A stretch of DNA of 64,000 bases from Nitrospirota bacterium (GCA_037441365.1 JBBISG010000003.1:14624-78623); one strand, 5' to 3'. Counted from the stretch's first letter, positions 17,202 through 27,345 are shown. A program made the numbers and translations. The notes: generated from the letters alone by a model not told the origin.

Positions 17202-17627
17202 TTAATGGCTCATAAAGAACCTGTCGAGAATACCCCTTAGCATCCTTGCGTGTCTTGCCTCATCTCTCGATGACTCATCAAAGAAGTCATGGGCAGGATC
17301 ACAGTTGCACTCCCTTGCCTTTTTTGCAGCCTCTTTCTTGCCCTTATTTGCGCCGATCTCTCCCTGAAGCATCTTCTCAAGGTTTTCCTTTGTGCTCTTC
17401 GAGATGAGGCCATTCATTTCTGCGAACTGGGCTGCATGTTCTGCCTCTTCCCATGCAATTGTCTTTAGCGTCTCGGCCACCTCTGGATAGCCGTCCCTTT
17501 GTGCCTGCCTTGCCATTGCAAGGTAGAGACCCACCTCTGTGCATTCCCCCTTAAAGTTTCCCATTACAGCATCCTCTACCTCGGTGCCTTTTGCTACGCC
17601 AATTTCATGTTCATTGATAAGCTCCAT
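17202..17627 (-). CDS. rubrerythrin-like diiron (ferritin-like) protein lacking the rubredoxin domain
   Basis: 141 aa; ExxH motifs EEAEHAAQF and DEARHARML. Confidence 0.85.
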   Translation of the reverse strand: MELINEHEIGVAKGTEVEDAVMGNFKGECTEVGLYLAMARQAQRDGYPEVAETLKTIAWEEAEHAAQFAEMNGLISKSTKENLEKMLQGEIGANKGKKEAAKKARECNCDPAHDFFDESSRDEARHARMLRGILDRFFMSH

Positions 17628-17772
17628 TTTAAACCTCCAGATAATCTCTTAAATGGGAGTCAAAGACTCCTTTTAATTGTTGTTAAACCGGCGATACCCT
17701 TTCTGGGGTCGCCCCACCTGATTCTCTATTCGAGCCACGGAGGCATATCCATCCCTGGTATGCCTGCTAATT

Positions 17773-18384
17773 CTATTTCAGTGCCTCATATACCTTTCCA
17801 ACCAGCTTTGCGGATGGTTTAAGTGTCCTGTCACCTTCATCCTTCCATTTTGATGGGCAGCCTTCATCCGTATGTTTTGCAAGATGGAGATTAGCCTTAA
17901 ACTTTCTCATTAATTCATCAATATTTCTGCCCATATTGTAGTAGTTTACCTCTGAATTAAGGAGTTTCCCCTCAGGGCTGATTATAAATGTCCCTCTCAA
18001 TGCAAGGCCTGTTGCATCATCATATACGCCAAACATCCTTGAGACCTTCCCTGTAGGGTCTGCAGCCATCGGATATTTCACATCGGCGAGCATTTTCTCT
18101 TCCCTCTGCCATGCAAGATGGACAAACTTTGTGTCTGTGCTGACTGTGATGACCTCAGCTCCCATTTTTTTGAATCTCTCATACTGCTCTGCCAGAGCAG
18201 CAAATTCTGTAGCTCAAACAAATGTAAAGTCCGCAGGATAGAAAACAAGTATCGTCCATTTCTTGTTCGCCTTTAGCGTTTCAAGACTGACCTCACCAAA
18301 ATCACCCTTTGACGGCTCGAAGGTCTCGAGCTTAAAATCCGGGACCATCTGTCCCACCATTAAACCACAGCAATTCTCACTCAT
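17773..18384 (-). CDS. 2-Cys peroxiredoxin with selenocysteine (UGA codon 57) at the peroxidatic position
   Basis: ATG 18384 with AAGGAGGT SD; MSENCCGLMVGQMVPDFKLETFEPSKGDFGEVSLETLKANKKWTILVFYPADFTFV-TGA(18216..18214)-ATEFAALAEQYERFKK then the 130-aa track ORF in the same frame; resolving-Cys motif EGCPSKW. Confidence 0.75.
18182..18202 (-). other. candidate bacterial SECIS hairpin (UGCUGCUCU-GGC-AGAGCAGUA)
   Basis: 9-bp stem starting 11 nt 3' of the UGA. Confidence 0.5.
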
Positions 18385-18412
18385 TTTTAATACCTCCTTA
18401 CTTTATTTTTCC

Positions 18413-18517
18413 CTACTGTTTCTGCATCATGCCCTTTTCTCCGCATTTGGGGCACTTCTGAGGTTTGCACCTCCCTTCAACCTTTGCACCGCACTTGCTG
18501 CATTTAAATACTGCCAT
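18413..18517 (-). CDS. 34-aa rubredoxin-knuckle mini-protein (CxxCG ... CPxCG), below the track cutoff
   Basis: MAVFKCSKCGAKVEGRCKPQKCPKCGEKGMMQKQ*; GGAGGAGGTG SD; ATG directly follows the Fur-family stop codon. Confidence 0.5.
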   Translation of the reverse strand: MAVFKCSKCGAKVEGRCKPQKCPKCGEKGMMQKQ

Positions 18518-18934
18518 TTATATCACCTCCTCCTTTTGCTCATGGTTCTGGCAATCAGGGCATATTCCATAAAACTCGATATGGTTGCCGATTATCTTGA
18601 ATCCGCCCTGTGATTCCTTTTTAACAGTAACTGAGAATTTATTGTGAATATCCATGATCTTCCTGCATCTGATACAGATCAGGTGGTGATGTGGTTCGGT
18701 GTTAGGGTCGAATCTCTTTTTATCAGGGTCTATTGTGAGTTCGATTATGTTTCCCCTTTTCCTCAGCGCATCAAGGGTGTTATAGACAGTTGCAAAGGAC
18801 ATGGTAGGGAATCTCTTTGATACCTTCCTGTAAATCTCTTCTGCAGAGGGATGATTCTTGTTACCATCAAGGTAATCAAGAATCGCCAGCCTCTGCGGTG
18901 TTAGTTTGAACCCTATGTTTTTATATTTTTCCAT
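18518..18934 (-). CDS. Fur family regulator (PerR-like by context)
   Basis: 138 aa; wHTH; HHHLICIRCRKIMD and CPDC zinc motifs. Confidence 0.9.
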   Translation of the reverse strand: MEKYKNIGFKLTPQRLAILDYLDGNKNHPSAEEIYRKVSKRFPTMSFATVYNTLDALRKRGNIIELTIDPDKKRFDPNTEPHHHLICIRCRKIMDIHNKFSVTVKKESQGGFKIIGNHIEFYGICPDCQNHEQKEEVI

Positions 18935-18941
18935 TTTTTCC

Positions 18942-18956
18942 TTAGAATTATTCTTA
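18942..18956. promoter_or_regulatory. Fur/PerR-box-like 7-1-7 inverted repeat TTAGAATtATTCTTA
   Basis: 1 mismatch from a perfect 7-1-7; lies between the predicted minus-strand promoter and the Fur-family ATG. Confidence 0.4.
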
Positions 18957-18964
18957 TTAAGTAT

Positions 18965-18994
18965 TTTATATCATATTAAAATCATTCTTGTCAA
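18965..18994 (-). promoter_or_regulatory. sigma-70-like promoter for the PerR operon (TTGACA-18-TATAAA on the minus strand)
   Basis: read on the reverse complement. Confidence 0.45.
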
Positions 18995-19011
18995 GAGAAA
19001 AATGAGCAGGG

Positions 19012-19040
19012 TTGACAATGCCATTTAAATGGGGTATAAA
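19012..19040 (+). promoter_or_regulatory. sigma-70 promoter (TTGACA-17 nt-TATAAA) for the GYD gene
   Basis: exact -35, 17-nt spacer; lies inside the longer track ORF, supporting the 19072 start. Confidence 0.5.
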
Positions 19041-19071
19041 GAAGGAAAAAGAGAAGACAAAGGAGGATGCG

Positions 19072-19356
19072 ATGCCGTACTATGTTGTTTTGAGTAACCT
19101 GACCGATGAGGGGCGTAAGACTATCAAGCAGAGGCCCGAAAGGATCCTCGAGGTGAATAAGGAGGTCGAGGCCATGGGTGTGAAGATTCATAAGCAGTAT
19201 GCAGTTCTTGGGCCGTATGACTTTGTTAATATCGTTGAGGCGCCAGACAATGAGACGGTTATGAGGATGTCAGTTGAGATCGGTTCGAGAGGCTCTGTGC
19301 ATCTCCTGACACTTGCCGCTATTCCTGTTGAGGAGTTTATAAAAAGGCTGAGGTAA
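19072..19356 (+). CDS. GYD domain protein
   Basis: 94 aa from MPYYVVLSNLTDEG; GPYDFV motif; AAGGAGGA SD. Confidence 0.75.
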   Translation: MPYYVVLSNLTDEGRKTIKQRPERILEVNKEVEAMGVKIHKQYAVLGPYDFVNIVEAPDNETVMRMSVEIGSRGSVHLLTLAAIPVEEFIKRLR

Positions 19357-19380
19357 GGGGTAAAAATCTTCGCTGAATTG

Positions 19381-20103
19381 ATGGTTGAACTAAGAAAGGC
19401 CCTCTATCTTTTCCCGATCTTAATACTCCTGTCTGCAGTCTCTGCCCCTTCTGAAGACATATACGGAAAAAGGCGTCAGGCCATGCTGGAGCAGGATATA
19501 AAGGCCAGGGGGATAAAGGACGGTAAGGTGATCTGGGTGATGGGGAGGGTGCCGAGACACCTCTTTGTTGATGAGCACCTGAGGGCAAAGGCATATGAGG
19601 ATTATCCCCTTCCAATAGGCGAGGGCCAGACAATATCCCAGCCCTATGTAGTCGCCCTGATGACAGAGGCGCTGAGACTGAGGCCGACTGATAGGGTCTT
19701 AGAGATAGGCGCTGGTTCAGGTTATCAGGCAGCAGTCCTTGCAGAGATTGTAAAAGAGGTCTATACAATAGAGATCAGGAAGGGGCTTGCTGAGAAGGCC
19801 GAGAGAAGACTTAAAGATCTGGGTTACAAAAATGTAAAGGTTAAGTATGGTGATGGATATTTTGGTTGGGAAGAATATGCGCCCTTCGATGCCATAATCA
19901 TAACCGCCTCAGCAAATTACATCCCACCGCCGCTCATAAGGCAGCTAAAGGAAGGCGGCAGGTTGATCATCCCCCTTGGGAGCACTGTATATTACCAGAC
20001 CCTGACACTGGCAACAAAAGAGAGAGGGGAGCTAAATTTAGAGCAGATAGCGCCTGTTGCTTTTGTGCCTATGATTGGAGAGGTCCAGATGAAGGGAAGG
20101 TAA
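19381..20103 (+). CDS. pcm: protein-L-isoaspartate O-methyltransferase
   Basis: [35 protein letters not shown] motif; N-terminal signal-like segment. Confidence 0.9.
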   Translation: MVELRKALYLFPILILLSAVSAPSEDIYGKRRQAMLEQDIKARGIKDGKVIWVMGRVPRHLFVDEHLRAKAYEDYPLPIGEGQTISQPYVVALMTEALRLRPTDRVLEIGAGSGYQAAVLAEIVKEVYTIEIRKGLAEKAERRLKDLGYKNVKVKYGDGYFGWEEYAPFDAIIITASANYIPPPLIRQLKEGGRLIIPLGSTVYYQTLTLATKERGELNLEQIAPVAFVPMIGEVQMKGR

Positions 20104-22432
20104 AAAATGCCAGCAGATATGTCCCGCTGCCTATCCAGAGAACCGTCTTAAAGCCTACAGCCATTGCGAGCATTATGGCAGCAATTGGCGCCAGTATCGA
20201 GAGGCAGCCATTTATTGCCCACGCCCATGGTATAAGGTCAGGGCATCTCTCTCCGAGGGCCTTCAATCCGGTGGGGAATGGGATCCCCATCAACATGCTA
20301 AGAGGGATGAGGAATGTAAATGTTAACAGAATCTTAAGCGGCAGTGAATATTGTGAGACGGTCCCTGAGAGTGGTGGTATAAGAAGGCTGTAGACAATGA
20401 TCAGGAAAGAGAGGGCGATAAGCATATAGGGGCGCCTCAATCCCGGAAACCTGTGACTCAGCAGACTCCCCATGCCAGAGCCGATGAGTATAGAGGTGAG
20501 GACAGCTGCGGCAGCATAAAATGGAATTTCGAGGGTGAGGATCATTTTCTGGATCAGGGAGACCTCTACAAACATGAATCCGAGGCCGATGGATGCAAAG
20601 TAGAGGAACAGATTCAGATCAAGGTTAAGACCCCTTCCCTTAATTCTGGTCTTAATTGCCATAGCGGGCATAATTGTAAGTGCAATGCTCAGCAAAAGCA
20701 CCTGTATAAATACAGCAGGGAGGAGATAGCCTTCTTCTATGAAGAACTGCCACTTCCGGCCCATCAGGTCGTAGATTTTTTTAAGGTTTTTGAGCCTCAG
20801 GAAATAATGGAAGAAGGGGTTTTCATCGCGCACAGGTCGGATATCGAAGATGTAGCTGCGCTGAAATCTCTGGCGCGTCTCGGGACTGAGTATCTCCTTA
20901 AATGCCATAGGGTATTCGTCTGAAGGCATCTTCACATAAACATTCGTCTCTTCCCTCTTTATCCCCGGCAGATAAACGAGATCGAATCTCCTTTCCTTCG
21001 AGAATCTCCTGATGGCATTGATCTCTTGAGGTTCAAACACGGACCTCTTGGCGAGGATGCATAGCGTCCCCCAGCTCCTGATGGCAGCAATCCTTTTCTC
21101 TACATCCTCTATGCCCATCTCTTCCATCGATTGGGCGATTGTGCTCAGGAGCCTCAATTCTATCCTCGGGGGCGGAAGAATAAAGAGGTTTATGCTAAGG
21201 ATACCGTTATTATTTAGATGTCTCAGATATTCTTTGAATGCCTCCACAGTAAACCTGTAGTCCTCGGCTATCCCGAATGAGCTTGATGGCGAGGCCCCGA
21301 TCAATGGCATATCTATAATGTCGAATCTCCTGTCATTCCTTTTCAGCCATGACCTGCCCATGCCCGACCATGTTTTTTCTTTATAAATGCCCCCCGAGAA
21401 GTCATCGAGCGCATCCCTGATGACCTTTATTACATAGGGATTGGAGTCCACCTTATGGATGTTTTCTGAACCGCTCATTATGGCCAGCAGGACCTCCAGC
21501 CCTCCCCTCGGCTCGACGATCAAGACATTATCCCTTCTGCCTATTTCGTAAGGAAGCGATGATGGCAGATATTTGAGAAATCCGAGGGATTCCTTCTTTT
21601 CTGCATTTGTGATGCTGTTTATATCACCTCCATCGATGGAAATCCCTATCTGCTCAGGAAGCCCTTCAAGGTATTTGAGGCTTAACCCGGGCGCAAATCT
21701 CGCAGCAGGGCTTTTAAATATATCTATGCGCGAAAATGGGGTGTTATAGGTCTTTATACGTTCTGCATCAGGATATCTCAGGGCGAGCTGGAGTCCTTTG
21801 TATGGCGACATCCTCGGCTCAAGGACGGGCATGGAGATGATAAACAGGTTTAATAAGATGAGGGATGCAGATGCAATCCCTGTCTTCAATCCGCCGGTAA
21901 TTAACGAGCCTGTTAATGCTATGGATGAAATGATTATGACTGCCTTTTCAGGACCGACGACGCTCAGGAAAAACAGAAGAAAGATAGAACCTGCACCAGC
22001 GCCGAGAAGGTCAGACCCATAGAGGATTCCAGCCCTCTCGCTTGTTGTTGAAAAGGCGGTTGAGATGCATAATCCGAAGAAGAAGAAGGGTACGGCGAGG
22101 ACCATATAGTAGAGGCTGATATAGATTAGCTGTATCCTGTCCCAGGAAAGCCTGACAGGATCGAATGGTATCTGGTTCGATATGATATAGCTCAGGGAGA
22201 TGCCTGCACCTAAAAACACTCCGTAGAGACCGATCCTCGAAGGCGCTTTAAGCCCCGGGTACAGGGAGAGTGCTGTGCCGCTTGCAGCGATGCCGAGCAT
22301 GGCTATGCTTATCACCATGAAGGCAAAGTGATACCAGAGGGAGATCGAAAAGAGCCTTGTTAGAATTATCTCATATGAAAGGGCAGAGAATGAGAAGAAG
22401 AATATCCCCGTATATAATCGTGCCTTGGCCAC
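20069..22432 (-). CDS. polytopic membrane protein with central spermidine-synthase-like domain
   Basis: 787 aa; N- and C-terminal multi-TM blocks flanking [15 protein letters not shown]...KVDSNPYV Rossmann-type segment; 35-nt convergent overlap with pcm. Confidence 0.7.
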   Translation of the reverse strand: MAKARLYTGIFFFSFSALSYEIILTRLFSISLWYHFAFMVISIAMLGIAASGTALSLYPGLKAPSRIGLYGVFLGAGISLSYIISNQIPFDPVRLSWDRIQLIYISLYYMVLAVPFFFFGLCISTAFSTTSERAGILYGSDLLGAGAGSIFLLFFLSVVGPEKAVIIISSIALTGSLITGGLKTGIASASLILLNLFIISMPVLEPRMSPYKGLQLALRYPDAERIKTYNTPFSRIDIFKSPAARFAPGLSLKYLEGLPEQIGISIDGGDINSITNAEKKESLGFLKYLPSSLPYEIGRRDNVLIVEPRGGLEVLLAIMSGSENIHKVDSNPYVIKVIRDALDDFSGGIYKEKTWSGMGRSWLKRNDRRFDIIDMPLIGASPSSSFGIAEDYRFTVEAFKEYLRHLNNNGILSINLFILPPPRIELRLLSTIAQSMEEMGIEDVEKRIAAIRSWGTLCILAKRSVFEPQEINAIRRFSKERRFDLVYLPGIKREETNVYVKMPSDEYPMAFKEILSPETRQRFQRSYIFDIRPVRDENPFFHYFLRLKNLKKIYDLMGRKWQFFIEEGYLLPAVFIQVLLLSIALTIMPAMAIKTRIKGRGLNLDLNLFLYFASIGLGFMFVEVSLIQKMILTLEIPFYAAAAVLTSILIGSGMGSLLSHRFPGLRRPYMLIALSFLIIVYSLLIPPLSGTVSQYSLPLKILLTFTFLIPLSMLMGIPFPTGLKALGERCPDLIPWAWAINGCLSILAPIAAIMLAMAVGFKTVLWIGSGTYLLAFFTFPSSGPLQS

Positions 22433-22449
22433 ATCTTCTATCCTCAGGC

Positions 22450-23058
22450 CTATCTCTTTTCAGGAGGCGAGGGTTTCCTGACAGGAGGCTCATACCAGCG
22501 TGGATGCGGCGGATGGTATCTCCACCACGGCTCATCCCACCAGTATGGATAAGGATAATACCAGTAAAGGTAATACCATGATGGATAAGGCGGGGGTGAG
22601 ACGAGATAGAATCTCCTCTCTTCCCAGAGGTAGAGGTCCTTAATCTCGAAGACCGGATAGGTATACTCCATCTCGTCGATCCTGCCTGTCTCTATACCGA
22701 CAAACTCTCCAGCGAGGGTTATCTCCCTGCCCTGGCGATAAATTAGCGGGTCAAGAAACCCCTTATCACGGGGCAGTATTGCCAGGAACCTCCCGTCTGA
22801 GGGTTCGGTTCCTTTCAGATAACCTCTCGAATCTACCAGGACATAGACCGCCTCGATCTCAGAGCCTCTCTCGGTGAGTCTTGTATTGACAATTAAACCA
22901 CCGAGGATAAAGAGTTTTCCCTTATAAAGATCAGGATTCCTTCTCATATCAGAAAGGGAGAAGTCTGTCGAGGCTGCATTCATCAATTCCTCTCTCAGGA
23001 CAGGCGCACAGGAAATGAGCATTGCCATCATAAGGATTATCAGAAAAATTCTCTTCAT
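22450..23058 (-). CDS. Slp-like outer-membrane lipoprotein with a W/Y/P-rich C-terminal tail
   Basis: lipobox LISC; YKGKLFILGGLIVN core; tail PPPYPSWYYLYWYYPYPYWWDEPWWRYHPPHPRWYEPP. Confidence 0.6.
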   Translation of the reverse strand: MKRIFLIILMMAMLISCAPVLREELMNAASTDFSLSDMRRNPDLYKGKLFILGGLIVNTRLTERGSEIEAVYVLVDSRGYLKGTEPSDGRFLAILPRDKGFLDPLIYRQGREITLAGEFVGIETGRIDEMEYTYPVFEIKDLYLWEERRFYLVSPPPYPSWYYLYWYYPYPYWWDEPWWRYHPPHPRWYEPPVRKPSPPEKR

Positions 23059-23136
23059 AATTATCTTTTACACCTTAATCCATCTATTGTCAAGTCTTGC
23101 ACTTTCGCCCTCACCTCTGATAGGATTCAGGACGGT

Positions 23137-24153
23137 ATGGGACCTCTGGAGTTTTTATACTATTCAGGCTATTGCATCAAGAAATCTAATGACCACAGGA
23201 AGCAGAAAAGGCTCCCCCGGAGAGTTATAAGCGTTGGCAACCTGACATATGGTGGGACAGGGAAGACGCCTGCTGTCATTGCCGTAGCTGAAGAGGCGAA
23301 GAGAACGGGCTATCAACCATGTATCCTCACAAGGGGATATAAGGGCAGGGCAAGTGGCCCCTGCTTTATAAGCAGGGGGGCTGGGGCATTGCTCGGGGTG
23401 GAGGAGGCAGGGGATGAGGCGGTGTTAATGGCCGAGAGGCTCAGTGGTGTCCCTATTGTAAAGTGTGCGGATAGATATAAGGGTGGGATGTTTGCAATCA
23501 GTGAATTATCCTTTCAGCAGTCAGTCTTCAGCCTCCCATTGTTATTCATCCTTGATGACGGCTTTCAACACTGGCGGCTTTACAGGGATGTAGACATCCT
23601 TCTGATTGATGGAACAAACCCCTTTGGAAACAGGAGGCTCATTCCCTCAGGTACACTCAGGGAGCCCATGAGAGAGATGAAGAGGGCTGATGTGATTGTA
23701 ATAACAAAGGCGTCTGCCTTGGGGGAGGCCATTCAGGCCCTGATCGGTGAGATCAGGGGATACAATCCTGACAAACCAATATTCCTGGCTGAACATAGGC
23801 CTGCAGGTCTTCGAACTATGTCAGGTGAAACATTACCACCTGATTTTATCTCCAACAGGGCGGTGTTAGGATTCTGTGCAATAGGCAATCCTGTTTCATT
23901 CAGGGATACGCTATTGAGAATCGGGGCAGAGCTAAAGGGGTTCATGTCCTTCAGAGACCATTTCGGATATGGCCAGCAGGATATTTTTATGATTGATGAG
24001 GCAGCACGGAGGTGCAAGGCAGACTGGATTGTCACAACAGAAAAGGATATAATAAAGCTCAAGGGCATTGAGCTGCCTGATAATCTGCTTTCATTGTGTA
24101 TTGAGTTTGATGTTGACAGGAGATTTTATGAGGAGATATTACAGGAGGGATAG
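23137..24153 (+). CDS. lpxK: tetraacyldisaccharide 4'-kinase
   Basis: P-loop GNLTYGGTGKTP; 338 aa. Confidence 0.9.
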   Translation: MGPLEFLYYSGYCIKKSNDHRKQKRLPRRVISVGNLTYGGTGKTPAVIAVAEEAKRTGYQPCILTRGYKGRASGPCFISRGAGALLGVEEAGDEAVLMAERLSGVPIVKCADRYKGGMFAISELSFQQSVFSLPLLFILDDGFQHWRLYRDVDILLIDGTNPFGNRRLIPSGTLREPMREMKRADVIVITKASALGEAIQALIGEIRGYNPDKPIFLAEHRPAGLRTMSGETLPPDFISNRAVLGFCAIGNPVSFRDTLLRIGAELKGFMSFRDHFGYGQQDIFMIDEAARRCKADWIVTTEKDIIKLKGIELPDNLLSLCIEFDVDRRFYEEILQEG

Positions 24154-24552
24154 ATGGTCAGATATATAAATGTAAGGAGTCGGATGCGAACCGAGTTTAT
24201 TGACATAACCGAAAAGGTCCAGGAGATTATAAAAGAGGAAGGTGTAAACAACGGGATATGCTACATCTATACGCCTCATACAACGGCTGGCATAACCATC
24301 AATGAGGGCGCTGACCCCTCTGTGCAGCGTGACATACAGAACACGCTATCGAGACTGGTACCATTTGAGGCTGACTATCAGCACAGAGAGGGTAATGCCG
24401 ATGCCCATATAAAGTCGACTCTGGTAGGTGTGTCCAAATCCCTCTTTATTGATGAGGGAAAACTTCTTCTGGGGACGTGGCAGGCGATATACTTCTGTGA
24501 ATTCGACGGTCCAAGGCACAGAAGGGTGTTAGTCAAGATCATAAAGTCGTAG
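24154..24552 (+). CDS. YjbQ/UPF0047 family (secondary thiamine-phosphate synthase) protein
   Basis: 132 aa; HTTAGITINE, GNADAHIKS motifs. Confidence 0.85.
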   Translation: MVRYINVRSRMRTEFIDITEKVQEIIKEEGVNNGICYIYTPHTTAGITINEGADPSVQRDIQNTLSRLVPFEADYQHREGNADAHIKSTLVGVSKSLFIDEGKLLLGTWQAIYFCEFDGPRHRRVLVKIIKS

Positions 24553-24564
24553 GATTCCTGACTT

Positions 24565-24598
24565 TATAGGTTTTATAAGTCCTATAGGACCTATATCC
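24565..24598. repeat. REP-like element copy 4 (inverted orientation)
   Basis: TATAGGTTTTATAAGTCCTATAGGACCTATATCC, 12 nt after the yjbQ-like stop. Confidence 0.8.
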
Positions 24599-24795
24599 TT
24601 TGTGCCTCTTCATTATTTCATCTTCTTGGTAAGGTTATGCACGCTTTTTGTTAGCCCGTCTTTGCCTTCAGGGCAAAGGCTTCTTGCCGCGATCCGTGAA
24701 TTTTGCCTCAATCCAGCCTCTCCCTTTCTCTGCGGGTTATGGTCTTGACATCGCTCAAAAATTGGACTACCCTTAGTCTAAGGGGGTGATTTATA

Positions 24796-25362
24796 ATGAA
24801 GGAGATATTTATAGACATCGAGAGGTGCACTGCCTGTAAATCCTGCGAGATTGCCTGTTCTGTGCAACATTCAAAATCAAAGGACCTTTTTACTGCTATC
24901 TCTGAATTCCCACCACCGATAAGAAGGATACATGTGGAAAAGGCCCTCTCTTATTCTTATCCCTCAAAGTGTATGCATTGCGCAGAGGCACCGTGCATGA
25001 TGGCCTGTCCTGTTGGGGCAATATACAGGGATACCGATCTGGGCAGCGTCCATGTCAATAAAGACAGATGCATGGGATGCTGGATGTGCGCCATGGTCTG
25101 CCCCTTCGGGGCGATCACTGCAGACCCTTATATGAAGGTTGCGAGGAAGTGTGATTTCTGCAGGAAAAGGGTAAAGGAGGGCAAGAAGCCTGCGTGTGTG
25201 GAGGCGTGCCCGACCCATGCCCTCAGTTACGGCGAGGTAGATGACCTTTCCAAGGCACAGAGGTTGTCCGCTGCAGAGCGTGTTGCAAGGGCAGTGAGTG
25301 CGGCAGGGGAAGAAAGGAAGATAACACCGTTAAAGATGTTGAGAGATATGGGAGGTGTGTGA
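24796..25362 (+). CDS. cooF: CooF-like 4Fe-4S ferredoxin-type iron-sulfur protein
   Basis: 188 aa with 4 CxxCxxCxxxCP-type clusters; overlaps cooS start. Confidence 0.85.
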   Translation: MKEIFIDIERCTACKSCEIACSVQHSKSKDLFTAISEFPPPIRRIHVEKALSYSYPSKCMHCAEAPCMMACPVGAIYRDTDLGSVHVNKDRCMGCWMCAMVCPFGAITADPYMKVARKCDFCRKRVKEGKKPACVEACPTHALSYGEVDDLSKAQRLSAAERVARAVSAAGEERKITPLKMLRDMGGV

Positions 25363-27263
25363 TGGCGATAAAGACCTTTGACAGGGCCACTCAGGTCTTG
25401 ATAGACAGGGCAGAGGCGTTGGGGATAGAGACAGGGATTCACAGGCTTGAATCCCAACAACCCCAGTGCGGATTCGGTCAGCTTGGAACATGCTGCCGCA
25501 TGTGTTATATGGGGCCATGCAGAATAGATCCCTTTGGAGAAGGGGCTACAATGGGGGTCTGCGGTGCATCGGCTGATACAATTGTCTGCAGAAACCTCTT
25601 GAGGGAAGAGGTGGGAGGCGCATCATCCCATGTGGGGCATGCAAGGCATGTTGTGCTTGCCTTCAAGAAGATGCTCAATGGGGAGGCCCCAGGATATAGA
25701 ATCTCTGACAGGGATAAATTGATGGAGGTGGCCAGGGGGCTTGGAATAGAGATCGATGGGAAATCCGATATGGAGATTGCGGGTGATGTTGCGGACAAGG
25801 CGCTGGAGGATTTATCGAGACAGAACGGAGAGCCCATGAACTGGCTCAGATTGAGAGCGCCTAAGAGGGAATTCGAGATGTGGAGGGCACTCGGTCTCCT
25901 CGTCTCCAACGCGCACAATGAGATCGAGGAGGCGATGCACAGGACATCAATGGGCAATGATGCCGATCCTGTAAATCTCCTTTTTGCCTGTCTGAAGATC
26001 GGCCTTGTGGATGGCTATGCGGGGCTGCATTTGGCTACAGATTTTCAGGATATCATGTTCGGCACACCACGTGTGAGGACTGTTGATGCGAATATGGCTG
26101 TTCTTGAGAAGGATAAGGTTAATATTGCCATACACGGCCATAATCCTGTCCTTTCAGAAAAGGTCCTTGAATTTGCCTCTAAGCTTGAAGATGAGGCACG
26201 GCAGGCTGGTGCGCAGGGCATAAATGTGGTTGGTGTTTGCTGCACAGGCAACGAGCTGACCATGAGACACGGGGTCCCTATGGCAGCTCATAATCTCCAG
26301 TCCGAAATAATACTGCTTACAGGTGCGGTCGATGCAATGGTTGTAGATATGCAGTGCATATGGCCATCCACAACAAAGATATCAGAGTGTTTCCATACCA
26401 AGGTCATTACAACAGAACCCTTTGTAAAGATACCAGGCGCGAGCCATGTTAGTTTTGAGCCCGAACATGCCGATGAAGAGGCAGAGAAGATCGTGAGGAT
26501 GGCTATAGATGCCTATAGGGCGAGGAAGGGTGAAGATGTTGTTATCCCAAAAGAGAAGTCTGTGGGATTTGCAGGCTTCTCTATAGAGGCGATTCTGGAT
26601 GTGCTTGGCAAGATAGACCCCTCAGATCCGCTGAAACCCGTTGTTGATAATATCGTAAATGGAAACATCTATGGCGCTGTGGGATTTGCGGGCTGTCCGA
26701 GTATAAAGCTCAGGGATACATCCATGACAGAGAGGATGGCGAGAGAACTTTTGAAAAATAATGTGCTAATAGTCACCACAGGGTGCACAGCCCATATCTG
26801 TGCCCAGGCAGGGCTGATGGATTCCTCTGCCACTGATAAATACTGCGGTGAGGGACTAAAGGCTGTGCTTCATGTCATAGGAAAGGCTGCGGGCCTTGAT
26901 GTGCCACTGCCTCCTGTATGGCATATGGGTGCCTGTGTGGACAATTCGAGAATTGCTTCACTTCTCGGTGCGCTGGCGGAAAGGCTTGGTGTGAAGATCA
27001 GCCAGCTTCCTGTGGCTGGCTCGGCCCCTGAGCTTGTCCAGGAAAAGGCGATATCGATAGGGACATGGCTCCTTGCCCTTGGACTTCTCGTCCATGTTGC
27101 GCCGAGTCCAAGGATTCTGGGCAGCCCTGTTGCTACAAAGGTGTTGACGCAGGAACTTGAAGGTATTACCGGCGGTAAGGCATATGTAGAGCTCGACCCC
27201 GAGAAGGCAGTAGAAGGGATAATGGCTCATATTGGACAGAAGAGGAAGGCACTGGGGATTTAG
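25359..27263 (+). CDS. cooS: anaerobic Ni-Fe carbon monoxide dehydrogenase catalytic subunit
   Basis: 634 aa; N-terminal CGFGQLGTCCRMCYMGPCRI cluster B/D motif; GVCCTGNE; GCTAH. Confidence 0.9.
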   Translation: MMAIKTFDRATQVLIDRAEALGIETGIHRLESQQPQCGFGQLGTCCRMCYMGPCRIDPFGEGATMGVCGASADTIVCRNLLREEVGGASSHVGHARHVVLAFKKMLNGEAPGYRISDRDKLMEVARGLGIEIDGKSDMEIAGDVADKALEDLSRQNGEPMNWLRLRAPKREFEMWRALGLLVSNAHNEIEEAMHRTSMGNDADPVNLLFACLKIGLVDGYAGLHLATDFQDIMFGTPRVRTVDANMAVLEKDKVNIAIHGHNPVLSEKVLEFASKLEDEARQAGAQGINVVGVCCTGNELTMRHGVPMAAHNLQSEIILLTGAVDAMVVDMQCIWPSTTKISECFHTKVITTEPFVKIPGASHVSFEPEHADEEAEKIVRMAIDAYRARKGEDVVIPKEKSVGFAGFSIEAILDVLGKIDPSDPLKPVVDNIVNGNIYGAVGFAGCPSIKLRDTSMTERMARELLKNNVLIVTTGCTAHICAQAGLMDSSATDKYCGEGLKAVLHVIGKAAGLDVPLPPVWHMGACVDNSRIASLLGALAERLGVKISQLPVAGSAPELVQEKAISIGTWLLALGLLVHVAPSPRILGSPVATKVLTQELEGITGGKAYVELDPEKAVEGIMAHIGQKRKALGI

Positions 27264-27270
27264 CATTACC

Positions 27271-27307
27271 GGGCACCCCAAAAAGTCTGCGACTTTTTGG
27301 GGTGCCC
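27271..27307. repeat. palindromic element, full copy (17-bp perfect stem, loop TGC)
   Basis: GGGCACCCCAAAAAGTC-TGC-GACTTTTTGGGGTGCCC, 8 nt after the cooS stop. Confidence 0.9.
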
Positions 27308-27345
27308 CTTTCATGGTCTTCGTCTGAAGGGTTGATGGTATTTCG

